NCBI GenBank assembly: GCA_002811645.1
Contig: PDIP01000083.1
Coordinates: 262,043 to 321,101 of the forward strand
Length of the DNA stretch: 59,059 nt
Direction: 5' to 3'
Origin: Corallochytrium limacisporum Hawaii
Lineage: Eukaryota > Protista > Pluriformea
Shown: positions 1-11,625 of the stretch, one piece after another
Layout of the letters: each line of letters opens with the position of its first letter
Position numbering within the stretch: position 1 is the stretch's first letter
Translations under genes and position numbers: made by a program
Notes under the pieces: model-generated
Seen by the model: only the letters and a program-made list of their open reading frames with translations
Databases searched by the model: none
Told to the model about the DNA's origin: nothing

Positions 1-184
1 AATAGTCCTTTTTTGAGAGTAGCAGGGACTCTTCGTTTGAATCAGCTATTTAAATATTTGTGCATGATTGTTAAAAAGAGCAAAATATAATGAAATAGAA
101 TGGAATCAATATAAGTTATTATACAATCAAGATTAAAAAAGATCCTCGGGAGTCAAATTTTTCGGAGTTTTGACCCTAACATAC

Positions 185-436
185 CAGACAGAGGGTGGTA
201 CTACCAACTCCTGTTCCGTTGGGACAGCCTCCTCCTTGCTGAGCCTCTGTGATCCGGTACTGGTCCTGCTTTCGACCGGTGCTGTGCTATTTTTAGGAGG
301 GGAGGAGAGCCCCCCGGGGGGGGGCCTTTTTTTCAAGAGTCGCTGTCGCCGCCCCTAGGCCGTCCGGACCCCCGTGTTCACTCGACCCCCCGTCCCCCCT
401 TGGGGGATCTCATCAGAAAGACAGGCGGCTGTCATA
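185..436 (-). CDS. Possible first exon of a minus-strand gene continuing left of the window (partly garbled)
   Basis: ATG at 436 (MTAACLSDEIPQG), a smeared stretch at ~290-405, then a clean frame KNSTAPVESRTSTGSQRLSKEEAVPTEQELVVPPSV ending at a GTATGT donor-like hexamer (184-179) that leads into AT-rich sequence. Confidence 0.25.
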
Positions 437-584
437 TGAGCTCGCTGACTCCAAAGAGTTTCAGATTAAGATAGTCGAATATGTTGCTTCTTTATTGTTT
501 AAATCGCGTTCTTTACCAGGAGACGTGTCATGTATTCAGATGGGCGAACTGCAGTCTCGCCGTCAAGGCAATATACCGTCCTAC

Positions 585-1481
585 TCATTGCCGCGAGTCC
601 TGCAGAGCGTTCAATTCTGCGTAGAGCGCAGGCAGAATCTCTTCGGCTTTCCCATGGATGTGATGTATAAGCGGAACCTCCATCTTCCACCGTACCACTG
701 GGTCCTCGACGTTAATATTGAAAACGACGGCGTTGTTATCACGTGCAATGTGCAGAGCATCTATTGTGATGCCAACACTAAAGCTGGTCCCGACAAAGAC
801 AACCACTGTAGCTTGTTCAAGCCAGAGCATAGCGTCTTCAAAGCGGAACGCAACGTGATCCTCGTAGGCTTCGTCGAAGAGGAGGGGGTGTGGCATCAAA
901 TTGCCCCCACATTTGGGACACTTTGGCACGTCCGTCAGGGACTTTTCGGTCACTAGCGACTGATTCTCCGGTTCGGACATATAAATGAGATCCTTGCCTA
1001 CTCCTGGACATTTACGGGCAGCACTGCTACATCTATACGCATTCACAAAGCCATGGACTTCGGCGAGATATTCTTCTTTGACTTTCCCTTGGTCCTTCAG
1101 GTGCAACCGATCAACGTTTTGCGTAATGATGTGCACCCGGCCGGGCTCACAGCAGGCCATAATCTGTGCTAGTGCAACGTGCGCTCCATTTGGATCAACA
1201 TCCTCAATGACGTGTGGTCCAAAGTTTGGCAGCCAAAAGTCATTGTACCATGTCAACGGATCTCTTTTGAACTTTCTCTTTGTTCCCCATGACATCAGGT
1301 GCTTCTCCCACACAGCATTCTTTGATCTGCGAAACAGAGGCAGCCCAGATGCAGCACTTAGACCAGCTCCCGTCACGAAAACGACCCTCGATTGAGAGTC
1401 AGACAAGTACGAAGCAAGATCGCCCAACGTTTTCAAAGTTGCTCGCTGCTGGACCACTTTCTGGCGCTTTCTAGTGCTCAT
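585..1481 (-). CDS. NAD-dependent deacylase, sirtuin (Sir2/CobB) family
   Basis: Motifs GAGLSAASGLPLFR, PNGAH, TQNVDRLH, catalytic EVHG, zinc cysteines (C..C, CPKC), GTSF and NIN; basic N-terminus RKRQK. Confidence 0.95.
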   Translation of the reverse strand: MSTRKRQKVVQQRATLKTLGDLASYLSDSQSRVVFVTGAGLSAASGLPLFRRSKNAVWEKHLMSWGTKRKFKRDPLTWYNDFWLPNFGPHVIEDVDPNGAHVALAQIMACCEPGRVHIITQNVDRLHLKDQGKVKEEYLAEVHGFVNAYRCSSAARKCPGVGKDLIYMSEPENQSLVTEKSLTDVPKCPKCGGNLMPHPLLFDEAYEDHVAFRFEDAMLWLEQATVVVFVGTSFSVGITIDALHIARDNNAVVFNINVEDPVVRWKMEVPLIHHIHGKAEEILPALYAELNALQDSRQ

Positions 1482-1652
1482 GATCTTAATCGACTCATGT
1501 CTGTGGCGTGTAAGTAATTCACTAGCGAGCTCACGAATAAGCCCCCGGACCCCACTATGATCTATCCTCTGTCAAATTTGAATTCACTGACCTTCGAAAT
1601 ACCACAAATTCATCGATTGGAGTCACGTTTTGCATTCCACAAATAGGCGTTC

Positions 1653-1670
1653 TCAAATCGATCGATTTGA
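1653..1670. repeat. 18-bp perfect palindrome between divergent genes
   Basis: TCAAATCGATCGATTTGA. Confidence 0.9.
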
Positions 1671-2154
1671 ATGGCCACGTCATTTTGCCATGATAAACGT
1701 GTGTCATGCGTCCGACCTCTCGTCGTTTGTGCTTCACTATCGCCTGCCACACTCACCTCTTTTCCATCGCTAAGAAGTACACACCACATCACAACTCCCT
1801 CCCCCAACTCACCCTCCGGTGCGGGGAGAACAATCAGTTTCTTTCGCGTTATTCTCCCCTCTCAATGTTTCATTGTTTTGGCTTTGAAGAGAACCATCGG
1901 TTCCGGCAGACCGTCGACCGGAGTCGGGCAGTAGTTCCAACGACGCAGAAAAAGGCAACGGAGGAGCCAAGACACCAAGACCATTGCCGCAAGGACCGTG
2001 TGTACCTGAACAGACACGTAACGGCGAGAGTGTGTTAGAAGTGAATTGGATCACTTACAGTGTTGTGGTATACTGACCTGACGAGTGTAGGTACTAAATG
2101 ATCTGCTAGTATACGGAATTCCCATACCCTCCTCGCTCATGGTGTGGATTGTCA

Positions 2155-2889
2155 ATGAACCAGAGGGCTCCCGCAGACGACGAAGCAGAAGGAACTGCCA
2201 TGGACCATCCAGGCGCTCACCATCCCACCAAACAAGAGACACGACAGTCGCTTGATCAGATCATTGATCGCTGGCGTACGCGCGTAATAGATGGCTCATA
2301 TAAACCGACTCCTGGAGAGCTCGAAGCCTTCAAAAAGACTCAGAACGATGTCACATTGTGCACATTCATCGGTGGCCTGGCTGGCTATGGCACCCTGCGG
2401 GCAGTAATCGCCACTACGCGCCGGCCCTGGGCCTATTATCATCCCGGCCTGCGGTTTGCGGGCGCAAGCTTTTCATACTTTGTCGGTGCCTGGTCTGGTG
2501 CTGCGTACGCCACGGTCCGAGGAACGCAGAGGATCCTTCAAGTTCCGGACTCGCAAATTGCGCAGGATTTACGACCCGTGCTTGAGCGGCTAGGGTTTCC
2601 CATGCCTGCGAACATGCCGGCACGTCAGAAAGAACAGTACGGCTTGGATCAATCCGAGGAACGGAAAGAGAATCTTTGGGGTGACCAGATCCCACCTGCA
2701 GATAGCGACATGAGCGATGGCAGAGATTCATGGGGTAGTAGTCTGCCAGAGCAACAGCCCCAGCCACTCAATCAAGATATCTTCGACACCGACCCTTCCC
2801 TGCGGTCAGGAGGAGGGGATTCGATACCATCACAGCAGCCACAGCAGTACAGCAATGCCTATGGCGACGTTGGGTTTTCGAAGGACTGA
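2155..2889 (+). CDS. OCIA-domain-like (OCIAD1/Asrij-like) membrane protein
   Basis: YKPTPGELEAF, two hydrophobic Gly/Ala segments, QRILQVPDSQIAQDLR, a disordered tail and C-terminal NAYGD, paralleling OCIAD1 as I recall it. Start is ATG 2155 or 2200. Confidence 0.6.
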   Translation: MNQRAPADDEAEGTAMDHPGAHHPTKQETRQSLDQIIDRWRTRVIDGSYKPTPGELEAFKKTQNDVTLCTFIGGLAGYGTLRAVIATTRRPWAYYHPGLRFAGASFSYFVGAWSGAAYATVRGTQRILQVPDSQIAQDLRPVLERLGFPMPANMPARQKEQYGLDQSEERKENLWGDQIPPADSDMSDGRDSWGSSLPEQQPQPLNQDIFDTDPSLRSGGGDSIPSQQPQQYSNAYGDVGFSKD

Positions 2890-3160
2890 TTTATCATTAC
2901 ATTGAACTTAGTGGCATCACCTAAAATATCTCCCTGATCATGATATTGATGTTGCCAGTACGGTTGGCCAATTGACCTTAATGGAACATTAATGTTTTAT
3001 TATGATGAAGTGGTTTGTCTTTATGCGATGTTGTTCATGTACGTACCATGTGCTCCGCGTGACATATGCATGTCGTGCTGATGTGCAGGGTGCTGCTCAT
3101 GCTCAAACGATTACCAAGTGACATGATGTGGATTTAACCCGGCTTAAAACATCGAATGAT

Positions 3161-3916
3161 TTACCAGTAGATGTCCAGGGCAACGTTCGAGGATGCACCG
3201 AAGTCGAACATATCGTACTTGTTGGTTTCCTCGAAGTAGATGTTGGCCGCGTAGATGGTGTGGACGATGTCGTTCGAGTCAGAAAGCTTGCGGATGTGAC
3301 CGTCGACAGCCTTGGCGAGCTCTTTGTCGCCACCGAGGACCTTCCGGGGAAGAGAACCCATGTTGGCAATAGTGGCAGCGGCAATACCGTAGCTCATCTC
3401 GCCCTCAGGGACGGTTTCGCCCTTGAGGACAGCGGCCAGCTTAGTCTTAACCTCCTCAACCACCTTGGGATCGCTAAACTTGACCACGTTGTGGCGAACG
3501 CTGTGGGTTACGTAGTCGCTGACCAGGCCCCGGCGTTTCAGACCCTCAGCAACCATCATGTCTGGGTCCTGGATGTGCAGCTTCTTATCGTTGGAACCGA
3601 AGGGATCCAAGTGGTAGATCCAGCCAGCAGCCAGATGGGCAGACGTGGAGAGGTTCATTTTGGAGAGAATGGAAGCCTGCAGGGGGCTATCGGATCCGTT
3701 GGCCTCGGCCTTGCAGAGGATGGTAAGGGCACCAGACTCCTGAATAGAGTCAGCCTCGCGGGGCTTCAGGGCGATCTTACCTTCCAGACACAAGTCACCG
3801 AAGGCGCAGCCAATGAACTCGCGCTGAGATTTGAAAGGGACCTTTCCGGTCTCGGGCTCGGCAATAGCCATGAGCAGAATTTCTGCGGCGGAGAGCTGGG
3901 TGGCGGTGGCGGGCAT
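3161..3916 (-). CDS. Divergent GPP34/GOLPH3/Vps74-family protein
   Basis: LSAAEILLMAIAEPETGK...GCAFGDLCLEGKIAL matches the GPP34 N-terminal pattern (LTLxEELLLL..D..G...GxxLxELxLxGRI); also GLKRRGLV. Strong codon bias. First ATG at 3916. Confidence 0.7.
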   Translation of the reverse strand: MPATATQLSAAEILLMAIAEPETGKVPFKSQREFIGCAFGDLCLEGKIALKPREADSIQESGALTILCKAEANGSDSPLQASILSKMNLSTSAHLAAGWIYHLDPFGSNDKKLHIQDPDMMVAEGLKRRGLVSDYVTHSVRHNVVKFSDPKVVEEVKTKLAAVLKGETVPEGEMSYGIAAATIANMGSLPRKVLGGDKELAKAVDGHIRKLSDSNDIVHTIYAANIYFEETNKYDMFDFGASSNVALDIYW

Positions 3917-5232
3917 GATTGCTTGTGTATGTGTCAAGTGTTCGTACTTGCTTTCTAGGGTGCTAGCAGACTTGCTAATGATTGCAGGCCGGGATCCCTT
4001 AAGTACCCTGGAATGTATTCAATATGGAGGGCGACCGGCCACTGTGATCCAAGTACGGAGTCAAGACGAGCACAATCCGACCGAAGATTGTAATTCCCAA
4101 GTCTTCCACTACCCGCTCCTCGACGGTTCTTTCACTGATACGAGGCAGACCCCGGTCAAATGGGTTGTATCCCTCTCCCGGCTTTTCCTGTGTTTGCGGC
4201 ACCGCTCCCTGTATGCTTTCTTTAATGATTCACGGTAGCGGTGGTTAGTGCGCGGGCACTTTCATCGTGTGAGAAGGTACACAACAACACCCACACACAC
4301 TTGCCGCTGTTACTACACGCGCTTTTCCGTATAAGTCCCGTCAGTGACACCCTCCATTGACGGAAGACACGGGAAAAAGGGCATGGGCACTACCGACTAC
4401 GGACCCTACGACCCACAGCACTTCACGGAACGCGATGCGAGGACTGCAATAAATTGTCGAGCTTACAAAACAGCCCACACACACAGCCAGAACGACTCCT
4501 GGATTGGCAACACCAGCGCACTGCGAACACTCTGGTCGACCAAAACCTAGAATAGAGCCCCCCCCCTTTTTTTTTTGTTCTCATTCGACATGTTTTGTGA
4601 AACGCGCATCGACGAGAAAGTTGAAGCCCACCCACCCACCCTTCCCCGAGGCCCCCTCCAAAGCAAGGGGGCGGGGGGGGGGGGGGGAAGGGGGAGAGAT
4701 CCGGGGGCACTTACGAGGCGCCCTCCCCTTGCCTACGGGGCCTGGGAGTACTGGGTCCCGCAGGCCCCCACCCCCCCTCTTTTCTCACCTCCCGTTTCCT
4801 TCCACGGCGTTGTCACGTTTCGATTTTGGGCATTTTTCTTTGGGCTCTCAGGCGGCTGTATTCTTTGTTTCAGGGGCCCATCTATGGTTGGTTCCTGCCG
4901 CTTTTGGTTTGTCATTTTTTGTGCACCAACGTCGTGTACCAACAGCATTCTTGTTTGTTTTGGTCTATCCATGTAGAGCATAGAGTGGTACTTCAAATCC
5001 AATGTATTGCGAAACGAATGAGACCAGTTGGCTGTTGTCAAGCGGGGGCTTTCAAGATAACGATACCCGATAAAGAACGAAGGATCAAAGATGAGGACGA
5101 TTGAGTCTCATGCAAGCATGTAGCAAGGGACAAGAAAGTTATTTACTATATTTTTTACGTTCATAACATCACTGGCTATTGCGAAATCAACACACGAGAC
5201 TTGAGATCTTTCCAGAACACAGAACGTTTACA

Positions 5233-5739
5233 ATGGTCCAACGCCGTGTCTTCCCGCGAACCATGGGACAGCAAGTGACGGTGACAGGTGATATCAACGG
5301 ACAGTCATCGCCTTGCTTGAAACGCAGCTTTGTTGAATTTGACTGCACCAATGTCACAGCCGAAGACTATGGAGGGACTCTGTTCCCGCAAAAGAAACGG
5401 AGGCAAACGTTGCCCGCAACGGAACCGATAACCACAACCGTGAACGAAGTGGAAGCTCCACTGACGACAAGAGATCCCATGGAAATGATGCATCAGTCGT
5501 GTTCACCAGCTACGTACTCACGAATGTATCGCTATCATGCCCGCCCGTTGCAGCATGCCCAGTCTCATGACTCGGTCACCTCCGTAGTTGATCTCACCAT
5601 TGAGCGACAGCTGCACCGTTTTCGGAATCGCACGCGAAATAGTCAGTCGAGTAACAGTATCAGCAGCCTAAGTTCTCAGGGTGAATGCCCACAGTGTGCC
5701 AGCAGCTATTCAGGACACTTGAGTCACATTTCGCATTGA
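5233..5739 (+). CDS. Hypothetical protein, Ser/Thr-rich
   Basis: Clean 168-codon ATG-started ORF in normal-quality sequence; no family recognised. Confidence 0.45.
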   Translation: MVQRRVFPRTMGQQVTVTGDINGQSSPCLKRSFVEFDCTNVTAEDYGGTLFPQKKRRQTLPATEPITTTVNEVEAPLTTRDPMEMMHQSCSPATYSRMYRYHARPLQHAQSHDSVTSVVDLTIERQLHRFRNRTRNSQSSNSISSLSSQGECPQCASSYSGHLSHISH

Positions 5740-7229
5740 AAATATGCTCGGGTGTTTGCTTGAAGTAGCAATCCGAGCTCGCGTGTAGGGGACCATACTC
5801 GGTTCGCCATGTTCGTCCGCCTCCCCCACTGTTTCCATCATAAGCATCATATACTATTCATGAACATCATCACATTGCCAAAGACTGAAGAGCCTAGGCT
5901 TCAAATGATTACAGAACATCATGTCACGATATCACATGCACTCGCATCTGTGTCCACAAGCAAATCATGGTCCAGGATCATTCATTCCGTAGGAGCGGCG
6001 GGAGTGCATTACTACCGCCGCTCCTTTACTCTTGGGAGAGGAGACGTCAGTATATTGGTAACATTCTAATCATTATATATACAACCATAATTTCAAATAT
6101 TCATATAAAGTATAACAAATACACGGTGGATGATACCTTTCCTCTGAGCGGAGCAATTCTCTTAGTGCGGTGGGCGGTCTCGCCGTTCCTGGTTTCGGGG
6201 CCGCCCTCTCTCCTCTTTCTTTCCCCGGAGGGCCCCCCTCCCTCTCTTTTCTCCGGCCCCCCCCCCTGCTCAATTACTCACCTCCCCTCCCCTCCTCCCC
6301 GCAACCGTAAAACAGAGACGGTAATCACCCAAAGTTCGCGAATCGCGGCTTTTCAATTTTTTCTCTTTTTCTGTTTGTCTTGCGTGATAAAATCGCGTTT
6401 TCCCCATTTCTGGCAACCCAAGAAAGAAAGAGACCTTAAAAAACCAACTCCCGCACCGGGGTCTCTCCGCTGCGATTTTCCTTGTTTTTTTTTCTTTGTT
6501 TGTTTTTGTGGTGAGAGATGTGGTGTTTTCAGTACTGTGGATATCCACACTTGCGAAACGGTGGCGAAAAAAAAAGCCGGTCACAAGCAGCCAAAGAAAA
6601 AAATGGTGGTCGCCCCCTCCCCGTGGGGGTTTTGGGGTTTTCCTTTTTTCTCTTTTTCTTTTTAATTTTGTAATCGCAGAACGCACAGTGTTAACAACTC
6701 TCTTTGGGATTTTTTTTGGTGGTGGAATTGGGGGGGGGATAAAGGAGAAAAAAAAGGTGTGAACGGACCCCCCACCATCGCAGATGTTCGCCCACCCCTC
6801 CCCTTCCCTCTTCCAAAAGGCTTTTATTGTTGAAAGGGCGAGTTAGGCCGAGGGCAAAGCCAAGGGGGGGGGAGGGGGAGGGGCTTTGGGCGAAAGATTT
6901 ACGAAAAGGCCCCCCGAGGAGAGGGGGGGGAGGAGAAACATATGTGAGACCCTTGGGGCCGCGAGAGAAGGGACCGGGGCGGCAGAGCGATTATCGGAGT
7001 GTTCGTGGAGGCTGATGGACGTCACACGGGAAGGTTTCGGGTGGGTACATGAGGACTGGTTCATTGGATTCGATGAACAAAGGGAAGCGCATAAATACAA
7101 ATAGTTACAACTTTGCAATAGCAATAGATTAGATCGACAGCAGCTAGATGCTCTGATCAGGTGCTTGTGTTGTGGGGGTGATATTTACATAGATCTTTTG
7201 TTGGTGTACAGTTGCGTAAACATAGAACC

Positions 7230-9152
7230 ATGGCAGAAGACCCACCAAAATTCCTCTTTGATATCGCCTGGGAAGTTGCGAACAAGGTCGGTGGCATTTA
7301 TACCGTGATCCGGTCCAAAACACCGGTCACTGTCTCAGAGTACGAGGACGACTACTGTCTAATCGGACCCTACAATGTCAATGCCGCCCGTACCGAGGTT
7401 GAATCCATGGAGCCCGACACGGAGCCCATGCGTAAGGCCGTGGAAGCCATGAAACAGGCAGGGATCAATGTCTTCTTTGGCCGTTGGCTGGTTGAGGGCT
7501 ACCCCAGGGTCGTTTTGTTGGACCTCGATAGCTACCGCGACCGCACCGCCAAGTACAAGAGTGAATTCTGGGATCTCGCCAACATTGGTACGCCAGACCA
7601 TGACCCAGAGACGAACGACGCGGTTCTGTTTGGTTTTGGTGCTGCAATGTTCTTGCGCGCATTCGAGGAGAACATTGACAAGATGGTGATTGCGAATTTC
7701 CACGAGTGGCTTGCCGGTGTTGGTCTGGTGGTACTGCGCTGCTGGCAGACTCAGATTGCCACAATCTTCACTACCCATGCGACATTGCTGGGCCGTTACC
7801 TGTGTGCGGCCGCAAACATTGACTTCTACAACAATCTTGACAAGTTCGACTGCGACAAGGAAGCCGCACAGCGTGGCATTTATCACCGTTATGCGATCGA
7901 GAAAGCAGCAACTCACTCAGCGCACACATTCACTACGGTCAGTCAGATTACTGGGGACGAAGCCCTGGCTCTGCTGGGACGCAAGCCGGACGTGATCACG
8001 CCCAACGGTCTGAATGTGAAGAAGTTTGCTGCGTTGCACGAGTTCCAGAATCTGCACGCGAAGATGAAGGAGAAGATTCAAAGCTTCGTGCGTGGTCACT
8101 TCTACGGGCACAACAACTGGGACATGGATAAGACGCTGTACTTTTTCATTGCTGGACGGTACGAGTACACGAACAAGGGCGCTGACTTCTACATTGACGC
8201 ACTCGCGGAACTGAATCGTCTGCTGAAGGAGAAAAAGTCTGACACCACGGTCGTGGCGTTCGTCATCATGCCTGCCAAGACCAACAACTTCAATTTTGAG
8301 GCATTGCGTGGTCAGGCCGTTACCAAGCAGCTGCGGGACACAGTAAATGACATTAAGGGATCGCTGGGTGACCGCTTGTTTGATGCCACAGCCAAGGGAC
8401 GGATTCCGGACATTGATTCGCTCATTACAGAGGGAGATCGCATTCGTCTGAAGCGGTGCATGTACGCCTTGCAGCGAAACTCACTGCCTCCCATTGTCAC
8501 GCACAACATGACCGATGACAACACTGACCAGATCCTGAGCCACCTGCGTGGTGTACGGCTCTTCAATGATGGGGAAGATCGTGTCAAGGTCGTGTTTCAC
8601 CCAGAGTTCCTGTCCAGCACCAGTCCACTCTTCCCAATCGACTACGAAGAGTTCGTGCGGGGCTGCCACCTGGGCGTCTTCCCAAGCTACTACGAACCCT
8701 GGGGTTACACTCCAGCTGAGTGCACCGTCATGGGGGTGCCGTCCGTGACGAGCAATCTGTCTGGCTTTGGTTGCTTCATCTCCGATCACGTCGTAGATCC
8801 CTCGTCGTACGGTGTATACATCATCGATCGCCATTTCAGCATTCGTGATGACGCACTGAAGGCCCTGGGCCGGGAAATGTTCCAATTCACACAGCTGTCC
8901 CGCCGTCAACGTATCAATCTGCGCAATCGCACTGAGCGACTCAGTGAGCTGCTGGACTGGAAGCGGCTGGGTATGTACTACGTCCGAGCCCGTAGCCATT
9001 CGTTGCACAAGGCTTACCCAGAAAACTTTGCGATGCAACTGGAGGATGACGAGGAGTTCAGCACTGAAGACATCAGTCGCAACCTGGCCATGCCCAGGCC
9101 TGAGTCCGCGCCGTCTAGTCCAAAGGTGCGGCTGGGCACCGATGTTCTGTAA
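7230..9152 (+). CDS. GYS: Glycogen synthase (GT3, animal/fungal type)
   Basis: [50 protein letters not shown], the regulatory Arg cluster [16 protein letters not shown] and C-terminal [10 protein letters not shown]. Confidence 0.98.
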   Translation: MAEDPPKFLFDIAWEVANKVGGIYTVIRSKTPVTVSEYEDDYCLIGPYNVNAARTEVESMEPDTEPMRKAVEAMKQAGINVFFGRWLVEGYPRVVLLDLDSYRDRTAKYKSEFWDLANIGTPDHDPETNDAVLFGFGAAMFLRAFEENIDKMVIANFHEWLAGVGLVVLRCWQTQIATIFTTHATLLGRYLCAAANIDFYNNLDKFDCDKEAAQRGIYHRYAIEKAATHSAHTFTTVSQITGDEALALLGRKPDVITPNGLNVKKFAALHEFQNLHAKMKEKIQSFVRGHFYGHNNWDMDKTLYFFIAGRYEYTNKGADFYIDALAELNRLLKEKKSDTTVVAFVIMPAKTNNFNFEALRGQAVTKQLRDTVNDIKGSLGDRLFDATAKGRIPDIDSLITEGDRIRLKRCMYALQRNSLPPIVTHNMTDDNTDQILSHLRGVRLFNDGEDRVKVVFHPEFLSSTSPLFPIDYEEFVRGCHLGVFPSYYEPWGYTPAECTVMGVPSVTSNLSGFGCFISDHVVDPSSYGVYIIDRHFSIRDDALKALGREMFQFTQLSRRQRINLRNRTERLSELLDWKRLGMYYVRARSHSLHKAYPENFAMQLEDDEEFSTEDISRNLAMPRPESAPSSPKVRLGTDVL

Positions 9153-9356
9153 ACAATCACCGTTTTCTCTACCTCAGTTTGTACATAAACAAGCAAATCA
9201 CAAGATATATTGTATGTGAATGTTGTGTCCATTTCGATGTATTTGTGTTGTGTTGACCTTCCGATTTCAGAGATGCACTTCTGTGCACTCGGTTGGCATG
9301 CTGCGACATTGTCGCCTTTATGATGATCTATGAATTACACTGTTGTGAAAGTCCTT

Positions 9357-11105
9357 TCAAGCCCGCACGTTAACAATGCGCCCCTCGACTTCGACCGTCA
9401 TTGGTGGCATGGGCACCCTGAACTTGGGAGCGCCCCCAGGCGCGCCTGGTGATGTTGCGTGCTGTCCCCCGTCGTGCAGGGCAGGGTCACTGCTCATTGG
9501 CGTGGACGCCACGGACGACCCACCGGCCGGCGTCTGCGGCTGCGAACCGGCGGATGAAACTATGCTCAGCAGTGATCCCCGACGACTGGCCCGGCGTGGG
9601 GTCATGGCGCACTTCTTCTTAGCGCCTCTCTGGAACGCCAGCTGCTGGAAAAAGTTCCGCACCGCGTTCGGCAGGACGGGAGCACCACTCTCGTCAACCA
9701 GTACTTTGCCCTGTGCCATCATGTCGTATCCGTCCCGGCCATGGAGTAGGTACTCCTTGACCGCGACTGAATACGTCGCGTCCATGTCGATGGGCACACT
9801 GTCATGGGCGAGGTCATGAGAGCGCGTGTTGCGCGGACAGATCATGACCGAATCCTTGAGCACGCGCCTACCCGGTTCTCGGTCCGGGTCAAATTGGAAG
9901 CTCAGCCGTGCAACCTGGGCAAAGCGACCCTCCAATTTGGGCCATTGAGACACTGAGTTCTCCAAGGCGGCCACAATCTGCTCTCCAGTCAATTCGACCA
10001 CACAGATGGCGTCCGGCATCGGCAGGATGGAGAAGAGGTCCTGCAGCCGGAAGGGACCTTCCTCATGGAGCTGATCGCTGCGCAGAGTACCACTATTGAG
10101 AATGGCGCAGTCCGCATTGGTTGCATCGGCCATGATGTCGGCGACCAAATTTCCCAGATTCGATTCCTTCGTGCGGATCGTAGAGAATCGTCCGTCCAAC
10201 GGTGCGCCGAGCACAGCAATCTGTTTCTTCATGCGGGCACCGAGTTCCTTGTTCCATTCGTCGACGATTTCCTTCACGCCCGGGTCAGGTTCAATCTTGG
10301 TGTCAATGATGAAGCGTTTCGGTTCGGTCCAGACCACAGTGTTGTCTGCTTTGACGGTCGCCTGGATCATGCTAAGGTCACGAAAGTCCGTCCCTGACTT
10401 CAGGACCCAACTATTTCCGCGTTTTTCTGCATGGTAGTGGTGATCATGCCCACCAAGCACGATGTCTATTTCCGGTGCCTCATCGGCAAGTCGCAAGTCG
10501 TTCGGCTGCCGCATGTGCGTCAGCGCCACGATCAGGTCGCATCCCTCCCGCTCTCGCAAGTCCCGGGCCAGCCGGCGCCCACACTTCACAAAGTCTTCGT
10601 ATTCAACGTCCTCCGACTCAATCACAGCCAGCGTGTCGATCCAATCCTTCTCAATAAGTCCAAGGATGCCAATGCGGATGCCTTCATGCTCGGTAATGTG
10701 GTAGACGCCGCAGTCCGCGAGCGGACGCCCAGTCTCCTTCATCATGCAGTTGCTGCAGAGCCACGGGAAGTTGGTCTCTGCGATGCGGTCTACCAGGACG
10801 TCAATCCCATGGTCCAGGTCGTGGTTGCCAATGCAAGCACAACTAATTCCCATGAAATTCAGACACTCCGACATTTGCTTTCCTTTGTACACCGTACTCA
10901 TGATGGAAGGATTGAAGGCATCGCCACTGAACAGGGTCAGGGGACGGTACTCCTGCAGTTCCCGAAGTACTGTAACAAATCGTGCTGCACCACCACAGGG
11001 ATCCTTGGTGTTCTCTGTGATGTTATAAACATCGTTGAAGTGAAGGATCGTCAACGGACGGTCACCAGCAGTACCGGTCGCCGTTTCTCCCGTCGAGGGC
11101 CCCAT
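9357..11105 (-). CDS. 5'-nucleotidase/apyrase-family metallophosphoesterase, probably cytosolic
   Basis: ILHFNDVY, FSGD, GNHDLD, ALTH, LGGHDH, plus the 5'-nucleotidase C domain (ESNLGNLVAD, NSGTLR, GRFAQV, GRDGY). No signal peptide from ATG 11105. Confidence 0.93.
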   Translation of the reverse strand: MGPSTGETATGTAGDRPLTILHFNDVYNITENTKDPCGGAARFVTVLRELQEYRPLTLFSGDAFNPSIMSTVYKGKQMSECLNFMGISCACIGNHDLDHGIDVLVDRIAETNFPWLCSNCMMKETGRPLADCGVYHITEHEGIRIGILGLIEKDWIDTLAVIESEDVEYEDFVKCGRRLARDLREREGCDLIVALTHMRQPNDLRLADEAPEIDIVLGGHDHHYHAEKRGNSWVLKSGTDFRDLSMIQATVKADNTVVWTEPKRFIIDTKIEPDPGVKEIVDEWNKELGARMKKQIAVLGAPLDGRFSTIRTKESNLGNLVADIMADATNADCAILNSGTLRSDQLHEEGPFRLQDLFSILPMPDAICVVELTGEQIVAALENSVSQWPKLEGRFAQVARLSFQFDPDREPGRRVLKDSVMICPRNTRSHDLAHDSVPIDMDATYSVAVKEYLLHGRDGYDMMAQGKVLVDESGAPVLPNAVRNFFQQLAFQRGAKKKCAMTPRRASRRGSLLSIVSSAGSQPQTPAGGSSVASTPMSSDPALHDGGQHATSPGAPGGAPKFRVPMPPMTVEVEGRIVNVRA

Positions 11106-11625
11106 GGAGGCTGATACTTTGGTTCTGTTGTGAAAAATTCCACTCCTAGGAGTCCACTCAAGCCATCTGGTTTCCTGTACACACACTTGGATCTGCTGTG
11201 CCACTCTTTCCTAAGTCTTGTAGGCTTTCAGGTCTCCCCAGACACGCCTACTACAGTTCTACCATAACCAACCCCCAAGGATTGGCCGCGGTCCCGAAGT
11301 TCTCATTCTGATATACCATGCCGCGTTCCTGCGCCCAATGCAGCCTTATCTATGCCATCCTCAAACTTTGTACAATGTCATCCAAAACCAGCAATACGAG
11401 ATAAAGACAAAGCAACAAGGACCCCAAGGTGTTGCTTAGCCCGCCTATCTCCAACTAAGTCATTCCTGGATCAAACAAGATAACCACGACCGGGGTCTAC
11501 CCACCCTAACACCCTAACCGCAGCCCTTTCCCATACTTGTATATTAAAAGTATGGGCCAAAAAAATGAAACGGGAGGCTTTTTTGGTCTTTCTAAAAAGT
11601 GCGAGTGGTGGGGGAGCCCGGATGG

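Noticed and set aside
5770-5812. Loose resemblance to an Illumina TruSeq adapter (CGTGTAGGG...TCGCC); also GGTGGTCGCC near 6605
   Set aside because: Matches are too short and gapped to call by eye; needs an adapter scan.
11503-11519. Two CCCTAAC units (TTAGGG telomere-like)
   Set aside because: Only two interrupted copies; expected by chance.
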